This document shows positions 25,161 through 35,450 of a stretch of 64,000 nt of DNA, in pieces. This DNA comes from Patescibacteria group bacterium. Lineage in GTDB: Bacteria; Patescibacteriota; Patescibacteriia; 2-01-FULL-39-33. A program made the translations under genes and the position numbers. The notes beneath the pieces are model-generated. The model made no database searches, was not told the DNA's origin, and worked only from the letters and a program-made list of their open reading frames with translations. The stretch is taken from assembly GCA_041649575.1 (NCBI GenBank), contig JBAZMW010000004.1, positions 21,687 to 85,686 of the forward strand. Reading direction: 5' to 3'. Numbering within the stretch: the first letter of the stretch is position 1; each line of letters begins with the position of its first letter.

Positions 25161-25235
25161 TCTCACCTCGCCGTAGCCGATAGGCGAAAGCGGGTTAAAC
25201 TTTTATCAGTCCGCCTTCGCTAAAGCTACGGCGGA

Positions 25236-25300
25236 CACTGTGCGCATACCTGGATTTGAAGTCTGGACCTTCCCGATATATCGGGACGCTCTAATTAAAT
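25236..25300 (-). pseudogene. partial tRNA-Ile-like copy (D-arm end, variant anticodon arm, T-arm, acceptor 3' strand)
   Basis: Minus strand: TTAGAGCG-TCCCGATATATCGGGA-AGGTC-CAGACTTCAAATCCAGG-TATGCGC-A; matches the 3' two-thirds of tRNA-Ile(GAU) except the anticodon arm. Confidence 0.55.
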
Positions 25301-25527
25301 CCTCTAGATACTTTCGCGACTTCATTCTTTTTAAACAACTCTCTCTTCTGATTGCCTCTTTTTTGTCCTCGTATTCTTCATGATAGACTAATTTTTAAGG
25401 CTTTTTATTGCTGGTGTACCGGCCTGTAGAGCTATTATGCTGGCGAATTCTCTTTTCCAAATCAGAAGAGTAACCAATATAGTAGCTACCATCTCTTTCG
25501 CTTTGCAAGATATAAAGGCAATGCATG

Positions 25528-25601
25528 TGCGCATACCTGGATTTGAACCAGGGACCTCGTCATTATCAGTGACGCGCTCTAACCAACTGAGCTATATGCG
25601 C
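25528..25601 (-). tRNA. tRNA-Ile (anticodon GAU)
   Basis: Minus strand: GCGCATA-TA-GCTCAGTTGGTTAGAGC-G-CGTCA-CTGATAA-TGACG-AGGTC-CCTGGTTCAAATCCAGG-TATGCGC-A. Confidence 0.85.
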
Positions 25602-25604
25602 TTA

Positions 25605-25731
25605 ATTTTAAACCTGGGACCTTCCCGATATATCGGGACGCTCTACCAACTTTTCAATCCCGACTTGTCGGGGGGAGCCCCGCCCGACTGAACGGCGTTC
25701 AGCCGTTCGGGCGGGTATATGCGCTTAAATT
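25605..25731 (-). pseudogene. degenerate tRNA-Ile-like copy carrying a 66-nt GC-rich palindromic insert in the D-arm
   Basis: Minus strand: GCGCATATA + CCCGCCCGAACGGCTGAACGCCGTTCAGTCGGGCGGGG... + TTGGTAGAGCG + TCCCGATATATCGGGA + AGGTCCCAGG; shares the variant anticodon arm with 25236-25300. Confidence 0.5.
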
Positions 25732-25841
25732 TACTTAAATAATATAACAAAAAAAATTGATTTTGGCAAGATGAAAAAAATAGGCCTGACGACGGCCTAC
25801 AATGCCTGTGGAGCTTCCCAAGACTGGGGCTCTGTCATGTA

Positions 25842-26234
25842 TCAGAAAGGTACTGGCTGGCACCTGGATTGTTCCAGGCCTTCTTTTAAGGCGCTGGCCA
25901 GTTCATCTCTACTACCCCAATAGCAGACCGCATCCAGCCCATTTGGCTCTGTCAATGGAGCACGAGTCACCCCAATTAAGAACGGCCTGGGCCGACAACG
26001 CCGAAAATGTTTGACAACTTCTTCCGCGCCAGGATGTTGAAAGTCGACTATCAGGATTTGCGGCCGCATTACGCCTTGTAATTCCTTGCTGTTGACGACA
26101 CTGGTGATGGTGACCTGGGGATTGCTTCCATACCAATTAACACCAAGATCGTCAATGGCCCAGTCTTTGGCGCCTCGCCAGAGCTCCAAAGCCGATTGGG
26201 TATTGACGGCCAAAAAGGTTACCAGTGTGGGCAT
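25842..26234 (-). CDS. hypothetical protein (130 aa), GC-rich, own promoter; weak paralog of the next gene
   Basis: RBS GGGAGG; promoter TTGTCA-17-TAATAA; palindrome TTAACCAAGCGGTTAA between the -10 and the RBS; shares an ILIVDF/ILFIDF block with 26378..26893. Confidence 0.45.
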   Translation of the reverse strand: MPTLVTFLAVNTQSALELWRGAKDWAIDDLGVNWYGSNPQVTITSVVNSKELQGVMRPQILIVDFQHPGAEEVVKHFRRCRPRPFLIGVTRAPLTEPNGLDAVCYWGSRDELASALKEGLEQSRCQPVPF

Positions 26235-26377
26235 GGTTAGATCCTCCCTTAAAGAACAGCTCGACCAAATTAACCGCTTGGTTAATTATTAACATGCCAT
26301 AAAAAATTTGACAAGAAAAAGCCGTGCGCGAGGCAACGGCTCAAATCGCTCCCAATCTGTCGGAAGGGAGCGGCGTA

Positions 26378-26893
26378 CTAGAAGGGAATAATGTCGCTGA
26401 TGGCGTCTTCCAATCCTTGACTGGTCCTGGCGCAGAGGTCGAATTCCTCACAAACCATCGGGTCGTTGGGATAATGATCGTGATAAGGAACGACTACAAT
26501 ATGGAGCGCCGGGTTGTTGCGCAAGAAAGGCGGCAACGCCTCATCGGCCTCTGTGTGATCGTTACAAATCACGACGATGAACGGTTCGAACTCGACTAAG
26601 CGCCAAAGCTGCGAGTCACGTATGTCAGCAAACATGACCCTAAAATCGCCGTAACGATAACGACGGGTGCCAAGCCACAGCTCTTTCATCTGCGTCGGCT
26701 CAAAATCGATGAACAGAATGCGTGTGCCGTTTCCTTCAAGCACCTCGACTTCGTACTCCATTGACTCAACTGGTGGCGGGATCAAACGCTCCTGCGGCGG
26801 TGGCGCTACTGGTTCCTCCTCCCGAGTCTCCAGCCAATCCAAAAAGTCTGCGCCACATTCTGCCAGGGTTGCCGGCGCCGTTGACATGGCCAT
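26378..26893 (-). CDS. hypothetical protein (171 aa), GC-rich
   Basis: AAGGAG RBS 8 nt upstream of ATG; lies downstream of the 16S terminator; no recognisable domain. Confidence 0.45.
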   Translation of the reverse strand: MAMSTAPATLAECGADFLDWLETREEEPVAPPPQERLIPPPVESMEYEVEVLEGNGTRILFIDFEPTQMKELWLGTRRYRYGDFRVMFADIRDSQLWRLVEFEPFIVVICNDHTEADEALPPFLRNNPALHIVVVPYHDHYPNDPMVCEEFDLCARTSQGLEDAISDIIPF

Positions 26894-26960
26894 TCTCCTT
26901 CTGTTGCATACTAAAGTGCTTTATAAAAGAATTTAAAACAAAATACCAAAAAAAGCAAAT

Positions 26961-26985
26961 ACAAAAACCCCGCCCAAAGGCGGGG
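26961..26985 (-). terminator. intrinsic terminator downstream of 16S rRNA
   Basis: Minus strand: CCCCGCC-tttg-GGCGGGGTTTTTGT. Confidence 0.6.
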
Positions 26986-27098
26986 CAGTTGTTGTGACAA
27001 CTAAAAAGCGACAAAAAGTTTGTAAGCCCTCTTCCCGCCTAATGGCGGGACGACCTATCATAGATGTGACTTTTAAAAAGTCACATCAATTTCTCCCT

Positions 27099-28577
<1,479 letters not shown>

Positions 28578-28869
28578 AAAAAATTTGCAACTAGATTACG
28601 GCCAGTTGCCAACCGTATGAAACATTGCTTCGCTAGAAAGCGAAGATGCTTTGTTCAAAGAAAAATAACTTGGGCTTACGCTTTTTGTCACTTTTTAGTT
28701 GTCAAATTGCCTTTTTCCTCCGCTTTCAAGCGGAAAGAAAAAACAGAGGGATCCGATTTGGCGAACTCTCGTTTCAGGCGAGAATTCTGTCAGATACCAC
28801 TGTTTTCCCTCAAAATCTAAATTTTAGGAATTTTTTAAGAATGTTTTGTGCTTATTAGTCTGCCCTATT

Positions 28870-28898
28870 ATTTTATATTATTTTCGGCCGGTTGTCAA
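28870..28898 (-). promoter_or_regulatory. candidate rRNA promoter (TTGACA-17-TAAAAT) on minus strand
   Basis: Minus strand: TTGACAaccggccgaaaataataTAAAAT, about 290 nt upstream of the 16S 5' end. Confidence 0.5.
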
Positions 28899-29069
28899 GT
28901 AAAATGGCTGGTTATTGATTTTATTTCGATAAATTAAATTTTTGTCTAAATTTAGACGAATAAACTATAAAACTAATCTATGTCTGTTTTTATTAAACTT
29001 TTTTTGCACAAGATTTACACAAATAGTTTAAAAAAAGATCTGGCTTAACTTAAACTATTAAAAATGTTT

Positions 29070-29771
29070 CTATCTTCTTTTTCTGCTCTTCCGATCGCGC
29101 CACTCATCAATCTCGCCATGATGCCCAGAGAGTAAAACTTTTGGCACTCTTAGCTTTTTGCCTTCCTCTGTGACGAAGACTTCTGGCCGGGTATAGTGCG
29201 GATGTTCCAGATAGCCCGCTTGAGAGTGCGACTCGTTTCTGACAGATTCCTGTTTGCCAACAAAGCCGGGAATAAGCCGACAGACGGCTTCGATAATCAC
29301 AGCCGTCGGCAGCTCACCGCCGGCGAGGACATAATCGCCGATGGAGATCTTTTCGTCAACCAGTTTTTCCACTCGCGCATCAGCGCCCTCATAACGCGGA
29401 CAAACGAAAATCAACCTGTCATATTTTGATAACCGCTCGGCTTCTTTTTGACTGAATTTTTTGCCATTAGCTGCAGTTAAAATTATTCTGGTTTTAAATT
29501 TTACGTTTTTCCGCCTCGGCTCGCCGAGGGCGAGACGGGTAGCTTTAAGTTTCTTTAGCGCTTTATAAATCGGCTCCACCTTAAATAGCAGCCCGGTACC
29601 GCCGCCATAGAGGCGATCGTCGACGGTCTGGTGGCGATCAGAAGTCCACTGGCGCAAATTATGTATTTGGATTTTAATTAATTTGTTGTTTTTGGCGCGC
29701 TTAAATAAGCTCTCATTGAAATAGGAGTCTAAAATGTTGGGAAAGATGGTGATGATATTAAATTGTTTCAT
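29070..29771 (-). CDS. trmD: tRNA (guanine37-N1)-methyltransferase
   Basis: TrmD fold signatures: MKQFNIITIFP ... RLYGGGTG ... trefoil-knot SAM site. Confidence 0.85.
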   Translation of the reverse strand: MKQFNIITIFPNILDSYFNESLFKRAKNNKLIKIQIHNLRQWTSDRHQTVDDRLYGGGTGLLFKVEPIYKALKKLKATRLALGEPRRKNVKFKTRIILTAANGKKFSQKEAERLSKYDRLIFVCPRYEGADARVEKLVDEKISIGDYVLAGGELPTAVIIEAVCRLIPGFVGKQESVRNESHSQAGYLEHPHYTRPEVFVTEEGKKLRVPKVLLSGHHGEIDEWRDRKSRKRR

Positions 29772-30140
29772 GGTAATTTTATTATATACTAATTTATTAT
29801 TCTTTCATAACTGAAAAAGTTTTTTAAATCGTGAACCTCTTATTTGCTTACTTTTTCATATCTTAGAAAAGAAAAAGCTAACAAAAAGAAAAGTCGCGAG
29901 CTATTTGATAAATTCAGACAAAATCTGGCGCCAGTTTCGCTAGGCCATAAAGTCGCTACGCTCCAGTTATGGCCTTTCCGCCTAAAAGGCGGAACCGCTC
30001 AACTGACTTGATTTTGTGGCTGAATTTTCAAGCGCTCGCAACAGCTATTTCTAAACCAAATTTTCATGGGCTCGCAGAAATAATCCTGAAAACAAAACCC
30101 TCCCGGTTCATCGGGAAGGTTTTGTTTTATTGTGATGGTT

Positions 30141-30530
30141 TTAGATGGTTAAATCATCTACCACATCGGTATCAACCTGGTCTCTTCTGGGCCGAGGGCC
30201 GCGGGAACCTTCCGGTTCATTGATCTTCAAGTTGACACGAGCATTGTTTTTGGCGCCAACGATTTTAGCTAGAGTTCTGATGGCGCGAGCGGTCTGTCCT
30301 TGTTTGCCAATGACATAGCCGATATCGCCCGAGTTGACGTTCAAGGTGAGTAAAACACCGCGCTCGTCAACTGTTCTGTCGACTTTAACATCGTTAGGAT
30401 TGGCGACAATCTCTTTAACGATCATCTCGACGAACTTTTGATCTTTTTCCATACTTACTGTCGTGTTATTTCTTAAAAGTTCTAAAACTTCTTGAGTTGC
30501 TGACCTAGTGGCAACTGCTTTTTCGTCCAT
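30141..30530 (-). CDS. KH-domain RNA-binding protein (YlqC/UPF0109-like)
   Basis: KH motif VIGKQGQTARAIRTL; lies between rpsP and trmD as in the rpsP-KH-rimM-trmD operon, but rimM is absent. Confidence 0.7.
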   Translation of the reverse strand: MDEKAVATRSATQEVLELLRNNTTVSMEKDQKFVEMIVKEIVANPNDVKVDRTVDERGVLLTLNVNSGDIGYVIGKQGQTARAIRTLAKIVGAKNNARVNLKINEPEGSRGPRPRRDQVDTDVVDDLTI

Positions 30531-30638
30531 TTTTCTTTTAAGGACTAACCTCACTTTAACAGAAGGTAGAGAGCCTGTCAAGGATTTACCAAAACCCCGC
30601 CTGAAAGGCGGGGTTTAAAGACTAATGCTAGATTAATT

Positions 30639-31064
30639 TTAGGCGCTGGGAGTGTCTGCTGAAGCGGCTTCTGCCGGCGCGGCTGTTTCGGCTTTCTCTT
30701 GAGCCTGCTTGGCGGCTTCGGCTTCGGCTTTCTTGGCGGCGTCGATAGTGGCTTTCTCTTGAGCCTTTTGAGCAGCTAGGGCCGCCTGTTTTTTCTTGCC
30801 GGGCTGCGACTTGGAGGCTCTGACTTTCTTGTCTTTGATAATCCCTTGGCTGACCAGTAGATTGTGAACCGTCGAGGTAGCTTGAGCTCCTTGCTTTAGC
30901 CAATACAAAATTCTGTCATTTTTTATCTGACTTACTTTGGTCTTAGGGTTATAAGAACCCAGGTTTTCTAAAAATTTACCCCAGGGATCACGGGTTTTTT
31001 CGGTGACAATCAGCCGATAAAGCGGCTGTTTTTTCTTGCCAACGCGAGATAGTCTGATTGATAA
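30639..31064 (-). CDS. rpsP: 30S ribosomal protein S16 with Ala/Lys-rich C-terminal extension
   Basis: MLSIRLSRVGKKKQPLYRLIV is the S16 signature. Confidence 0.85.
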   Translation of the reverse strand, partial: LSIRLSRVGKKKQPLYRLIVTEKTRDPWGKFLENLGSYNPKTKVSQIKNDRILYWLKQGAQATSTVHNLLVSQGIIKDKKVRASKSQPGKKKQAALAAQKAQEKATIDAAKKAEAEAAKQAQEKAETAAPAEAASADTPSA

Positions 31065-31288
31065 CATTATTTGTTGCTGATTAATTCTTAATTTCTGAGC
31101 ATTGAACGGTAAAGTTATGCTACTATATTTTACAAAAAAAGTCAATTAACCTTATTGGATTAATATATTTTATAACCAGCTTTTACAAAAAAAGGGCCAG
31201 CGATACGAGATCACTGTCCCTTGGAAAATCGCGGCCGAAGGCCAAGGATTCAATCCAATGGCCAAGCGGCCGAAAACCGAAGTCCAGA

Positions 31289-32251
31289 CTACCCGAGGCA
31301 GAACACCGACGCCGAATAGTCGTCGCTGGCATACGACAGATAGTCGGTGTAGTCGAAGTTCGCATAGGAATCGTAGGCGAGGAAGCGGAGCGAGTAGGAC
31401 TGCCACTGAAGAGCCGGGCAGCGCACTATTGGTGTCTTGGCGTCTCGGCAGAGCTCCTTGGCATAGGCCATGTAAGCCACTGCCGTGTCCAAGCCGCCGC
31501 CCAAGAGCATCCATTCGGGAATCTGGGCGGACAGTTCATGCCCGACGAAGGTCTCGCGACAAGCGTCGACGCTGTAACCGCCGAAAGGCAGAAGCGTGAC
31601 GCCGACAACCGGTTCTTTGGCCAAGGCGGCGAGCAGACACTCGTGCCGACTGCCGGCTACGATGCTGACCTCGCCGGCCAAGTCGGTTTCACGGTAGTTC
31701 GTGAACTTCCTGCCCTCGGCCTCGAAGGCTTCCTCATAAGCGCTCCTCACCCCGTCGACAAAAAGCTTCAAGGTGGCGCCGTAGCCACCTTTGTCCTCCG
31801 GCAGAATCGTGCCCGCTGGCAGAACAGTCGGCAGCCAAATGCCTTTGACGGCATTGGCCGTGCGAGGATCGCCCGCCAGCCTGGTGATAGTGGCCTTGGC
31901 TCGTACTTCGAATTCCTCGGCCGACGGCAAGCTGAGCGCCTCGGCTTTGACTCGCAGTCCGATGGCCAGATGCCGACGGACGCGCTCGAGGATCTCGCCG
32001 TAGTTGATCGAGGGTTGGTTGACGTAATACGCGCCAGCGTCGCAGAACGCAGCTTTGAGTCCGGGAAACGGAATGAAGCGGCTGTTCTTGTCGAACAGCT
32101 TACGGACGGTCTCCTTGATCTCCGCGGTCATTTCGTGACGCAGCAGCGCCTTGACGACATTGACGCCGCCAAGCTGGTTGCCAAGCGCCACCCAGTGGGT
32201 ATGTGGCAGGTCGTCCAGTGTTTCCAGTTGATCAATGTTAAAGTCCTTCAT
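31289..32251 (-). CDS. hypothetical protein D (320 aa) of GC-rich island
   Basis: RBS AAAGGAG; strong promoter TTGACA-17-TATAAT at 32363..32335; about 60% GC; no recognisable domain. Confidence 0.5.
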   Translation of the reverse strand: MKDFNIDQLETLDDLPHTHWVALGNQLGGVNVVKALLRHEMTAEIKETVRKLFDKNSRFIPFPGLKAAFCDAGAYYVNQPSINYGEILERVRRHLAIGLRVKAEALSLPSAEEFEVRAKATITRLAGDPRTANAVKGIWLPTVLPAGTILPEDKGGYGATLKLFVDGVRSAYEEAFEAEGRKFTNYRETDLAGEVSIVAGSRHECLLAALAKEPVVGVTLLPFGGYSVDACRETFVGHELSAQIPEWMLLGGGLDTAVAYMAYAKELCRDAKTPIVRCPALQWQSYSLRFLAYDSYANFDYTDYLSYASDDYSASVFCLG

Positions 32252-32334
32252 CTTGCGCTCCTTTCAGCCCATGGCCGAAATGGCTTTTCCCCTACCCGAG
32301 GATTGGGAACAGTCCTACGCAGGACCATCAGACT

Positions 32335-32363
32335 ATTATACTAAATAAAAAATAATCTGTCAA
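32335..32363 (-). promoter_or_regulatory. consensus sigma70 promoter (TTGACA-17-TATAAT) on minus strand
   Basis: Minus strand: TTGACAgattattttttatttagTATAAT in the AT-rich spacer upstream of gene D. Confidence 0.6.
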
Positions 32364-32520
32364 TACTAACAAATTATTTAAAGTTAAATAAAAACTTCCT
32401 CATCTGTCCGGCCAAGCTTCTTGAATGAGATAGAAACTATCTCAAACAAGAAGAAGAGAGAGTTTGGCCGGACGAATGAAGAAGCTTTAAAAGTATTCCT
32501 CAAAACTTGTAAAAAAGATT

Positions 32521-32569
32521 TGCAAGTTTAGTTGGAAGGAGAAGCTGACAAACCACATCAGCTTCTCCC
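32521..32569. repeat. island repeat, short copy 3
   Basis: TGCAAGTTTAGTTGGAAGGAGAAGCTGA-caaaccaca-TCAGCTTCTCC: 11-bp perfect hairpin plus the CCAGTTGGAAGGAG-like core. Confidence 0.6.
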
Positions 32570-32593
32570 AAAACCATCTACCGATCAAGGCCG

Positions 32594-33451
32594 CTAGGCC
32601 TTGGCGATGACGGCGCGAGTTGCCTCAACCGCCGCCACGACGTCGGCCAGCATCATGCGCTGACCGCGGGGACTGCCGGCGATGCCCGCGTGCCCGCCGG
32701 CCGCCTCGCCCCAAAGCCCCTGCACGATCTCTCGTGCCGAGACTCCGGGGATCGGGTCGGCGATAGACACTGTCACCGCACCGGTGACTGTGTTGAAGGC
32801 GACAACAGCTTTCGCCAAGTCGCCTTCCGGGTCGACGTACAGATGGCTGACAAACGTGTCCGCCACCCGCACTGCCACCCCGCCGCCAGCCTCGACGAAC
32901 GATTGCGCATTCAGCGCGACCTCCGCCGAGCGGAACGCCTCGCCCGCCGCGAGAAGTTCCGGGTCGTCAGCGCAAATGCGCTCAACGACCCTGACGGCCT
33001 CCATCACCTGCTCGGTGACTTCGGCCGCGCTGCCGTCGCGCGGGGGCAGGCAGCGGTGACCGTTGCTCCACGCCCAGAAAGCGTAGAGCCGGACGATGTC
33101 GGCTGGCTCGGCGCCGGCTTGGCCTAGCTTGTGCGGACCGTTGAGGTCCACAAAAGCTGCCAGGAGCCAGAATCCCGGCGTCTCGGGCTTGCGACCGAGA
33201 ACGGCCGCACAGCCGCCGACGGAATCGAGATCAAGGTGGGAAAGTCCCACCGCCTCGACTTCACCAGCCGCGCCGTTGTCGGCGAGGCAGGGGGCGGGGT
33301 TGCCCGCCCGCGGCCCGTGATGGGCCAGGGTTGCGACGGACCCGGCGACACACTCGTCGCCGAATTCCGCCTCAACCGAAGCGGTCAGGCCGAAGGGGGC
33401 GAGGACGGCGGCCAATGCGGCCGCATGGTTTGAAATAAAAAACTTCGTCAT
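32594..33451 (-). CDS. hypothetical protein C (285 aa), about 68% GC; faint DHH/DHHA1-like motifs (HLDLDSVGG ... AAGGHAGIAGSP)
   Basis: RBS AGGAGA 7 nt upstream of ATG; longest frame in the region; the motif resemblance is weak and unverified. Confidence 0.45.
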   Translation of the reverse strand: MTKFFISNHAAALAAVLAPFGLTASVEAEFGDECVAGSVATLAHHGPRAGNPAPCLADNGAAGEVEAVGLSHLDLDSVGGCAAVLGRKPETPGFWLLAAFVDLNGPHKLGQAGAEPADIVRLYAFWAWSNGHRCLPPRDGSAAEVTEQVMEAVRVVERICADDPELLAAGEAFRSAEVALNAQSFVEAGGGVAVRVADTFVSHLYVDPEGDLAKAVVAFNTVTGAVTVSIADPIPGVSAREIVQGLWGEAAGGHAGIAGSPRGQRMMLADVVAAVEATRAVIAKA

Positions 33452-33560
33452 GGCTTATCTCCTCTCTCGGAGTTTCAGCGCGCCACGCGCTGTGCCTCTC
33501 TCTGGTTTATCAAACCCTGCAAGCGAGAGACAAACTGGCAACTCCGCGCCGACAACCGGT

Positions 33561-33724
33561 GCAGAGTTTTTTCCTCAAGCCCCGCAAACTCACATTGTTT
33601 GCGAAGCCAGTTGGAAGGAGGAGACAGAAAAACCACTCTGACTCCTCCGGATAACCTTGTTTGCGTTTGTAACGAGGCCGCCGCCTCCGATTGTTTGACC
33701 TCTAACAATCGTAAAGGAGTGTTC
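33561..33724. repeat. island repeat, long copy 1 (164 nt, multi-hairpin)
   Basis: About 96% identical to 34422-34585; contains the TGCGAAGCCAGTTGGAAGGAGGAG core plus hairpins GGAGGAGACAGA/TCTGACTCCTCC, GCAAAC/GTTTGC and CGATTGTT/AACAATCG. Confidence 0.75.
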
Positions 33725-33762
33725 AGATTAAGGCCTAACACACAAGGTCTTTCTGGCGTGAC

Positions 33763-34333
33763 CTACTCGGACAGCGTGATGATCAGGTCTTTGACCTGAT
33801 CATCACGCTCAGACCAGACGGCGTTGGCTGGCTTCTGCCACCACCGCTTCTTCGGTGCGCCCCATTCGGCGGCGCATTCAGCGAAGTGGCTGCAATCCCC
33901 CCCCGAATCCGCGCAACAGAGCGCGTAATACGCGGCTAGCGCTCGGCGTTCGGCCGCGATACCAGAGGAGGAGCAGCAGAAGGCAGCGACGTCACCCGCT
34001 ACCTTTTTCGCCCGGGCGAGTTGCTCCGGAGAACTTACATTCTCCAGATAACCGCGGGCCCACTCTTCAACATCCGCGATGTCGCACATCGCGGCATGCT
34101 GCGCTACGATCCTTCTGGAAACGCGCACAGCCCACTTATTCGCTAGCTCCTTGGCTAGCGAATAAGAGGCGAGGCAAATGATTTCGTAGCTTGAAAATTT
34201 CCACGAAATCAGAGCATCCACGTCCTCCCTCCTAAACTCATTGCCCGCCCCATACCAGCGGCGGGCCACTTCTCTTTCGCATTTAGGAAAGCTCCTGAGA
34301 GCTTCCCTCAGGGTTCTGTACCTTTTCAAGTTC
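33763..34333 (-). CDS. hypothetical protein B (190 aa) of GC-rich island
   Basis: RBS GGAAAGGAGAGAGAG-ATG; the longer upstream frame is an artefact of running into repeat copy 2. Confidence 0.5.
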
Positions 34334-34421
34334 ATCTCTCTCTCCTTTCCGGATGTGGCCGAGATGTGGCCGGTCCCCTCGGAAACTACCATATATCCAA
34401 AACTCCGCACCGACCATCGGC

Positions 34422-34585
34422 GCAGAGTTTTTTCCTCAGGCCCCGCAAACTCACATTGTTTGCGAAGCCAGTTGGAAGGAGGAGACAGAAAAACCACTCT
34501 GACTCCTCCAAATAACCTTGTTTGCGTTTGTAATGAGGCCGCCGCCTCCGACTGTTTGACCTCTAACAATCGTAAAGGAGTGTTC
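34422..34585. repeat. island repeat, long copy 2
   Basis: Near-identical to 33561-33724. Confidence 0.75.
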
Positions 34586-34717
34586 TAATTAAGCTCTTGC
34601 GAGCCGGCCTAACACACAAGGCCGTTTGCCCATGATTTTACGCGGATGGCTTCTGCCCTTGACACGGGCCAAGGACTTTACCGCAACCGCCGAAGCGGGC
34701 TGTGAGGACGCCGAAGG

Positions 34718-35206
34718 TTACTTGGCTTTCGGCATCCCCGGCAGCTCCTGGAGCTGTCGGATGAAGGGGCCGACGATGTCGGCCACCTCCGAACGGAAGC
34801 ACGTTTGTGCTTCCATCGCGCACTCGCAGTCACCAACGGCGATTGCGAATGGAGGAAGGGGAAGTTCCACCGCCTCTTCCGGCAGTGAAACTTCCACCTG
34901 CAGAGGATATTCTCCCCCACAAATGTCTTCTGCCAATACCTGAATATGATCCAGGTAACCGCCCACGCTCACGTAGCGGCGAAACTCCGCCGCCACACTC
35001 GACACGCCCACCGAATATGAAACGGCGAACGTGCCCGACCGGGAGGATAGGCTAACCTCCATCCCGGCCTTCGTAAGAATGACGTACCCGCCATCATTAC
35101 GACCCACCTTCCACCCCGCTGCTACTGCAGCGGAGATGGGAATATTCCCTTCCCGCGGCCAGTTCGACCGCAGAAAAGACTTAACCCCTTCAGAATAGAA
35201 ACTCAT
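34718..35206 (-). CDS. hypothetical protein A (162 aa) of GC-rich island
   Basis: RBS AAAGGAGATAAGTT-ATG; no recognisable domain. Confidence 0.5.
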   Translation of the reverse strand: MSFYSEGVKSFLRSNWPREGNIPISAAVAAGWKVGRNDGGYVILTKAGMEVSLSSRSGTFAVSYSVGVSSVAAEFRRYVSVGGYLDHIQVLAEDICGGEYPLQVEVSLPEEAVELPLPPFAIAVGDCECAMEAQTCFRSEVADIVGPFIRQLQELPGMPKAK

Positions 35207-35404
35207 AACTTATCTCCTTTCACAGAGATCTCGGCCTGCCACAGGCCGTGTCCGCGAGGATCGACAATCCTCTTTTTTCGTCTCATGACGGCGGACAAAT
35301 TACTGCCAGTACCGCACAATGCGGCGCTGGTTTTTTCTATGCTTACCAGCCGCTGACCCAAGTCAGCTGCTAGGAATTTCCTCAGACTTCACGGACAACA
35401 GGCC

Positions 35405-35450
35405 TGCGAAGTCAGTTGGAAGGAGAAGCCGAGACTCGCCCGGCTTCTCC
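35405..35450. repeat. island repeat, short copy 4
   Basis: TGCGAAGTCAGTTGGAAGGAGAAGCCG-agactcgcc-CGGCTTCTCC. Confidence 0.6.

Noticed and set aside
31538-32344. 268-aa plus-strand ORF antisense to island gene D, plus the other plus-strand ORFs in 32682-35055
   Set aside because: Arg/Gly-rich composition is typical of antisense frames in GC-rich DNA. The minus-strand genes each have an AGGAG RBS and, for gene D, a consensus promoter.
33475-33741. 88-aa ORF and the N-terminal extension of ORF 33763..34569 (MLEVKQSEAAASLQ...)
   Set aside because: Both are translations of the two copies of the 164-nt island repeat. The near-identical peptides come from a nucleotide repeat, not a gene, and real gene B starts at 34333 with a strong RBS.
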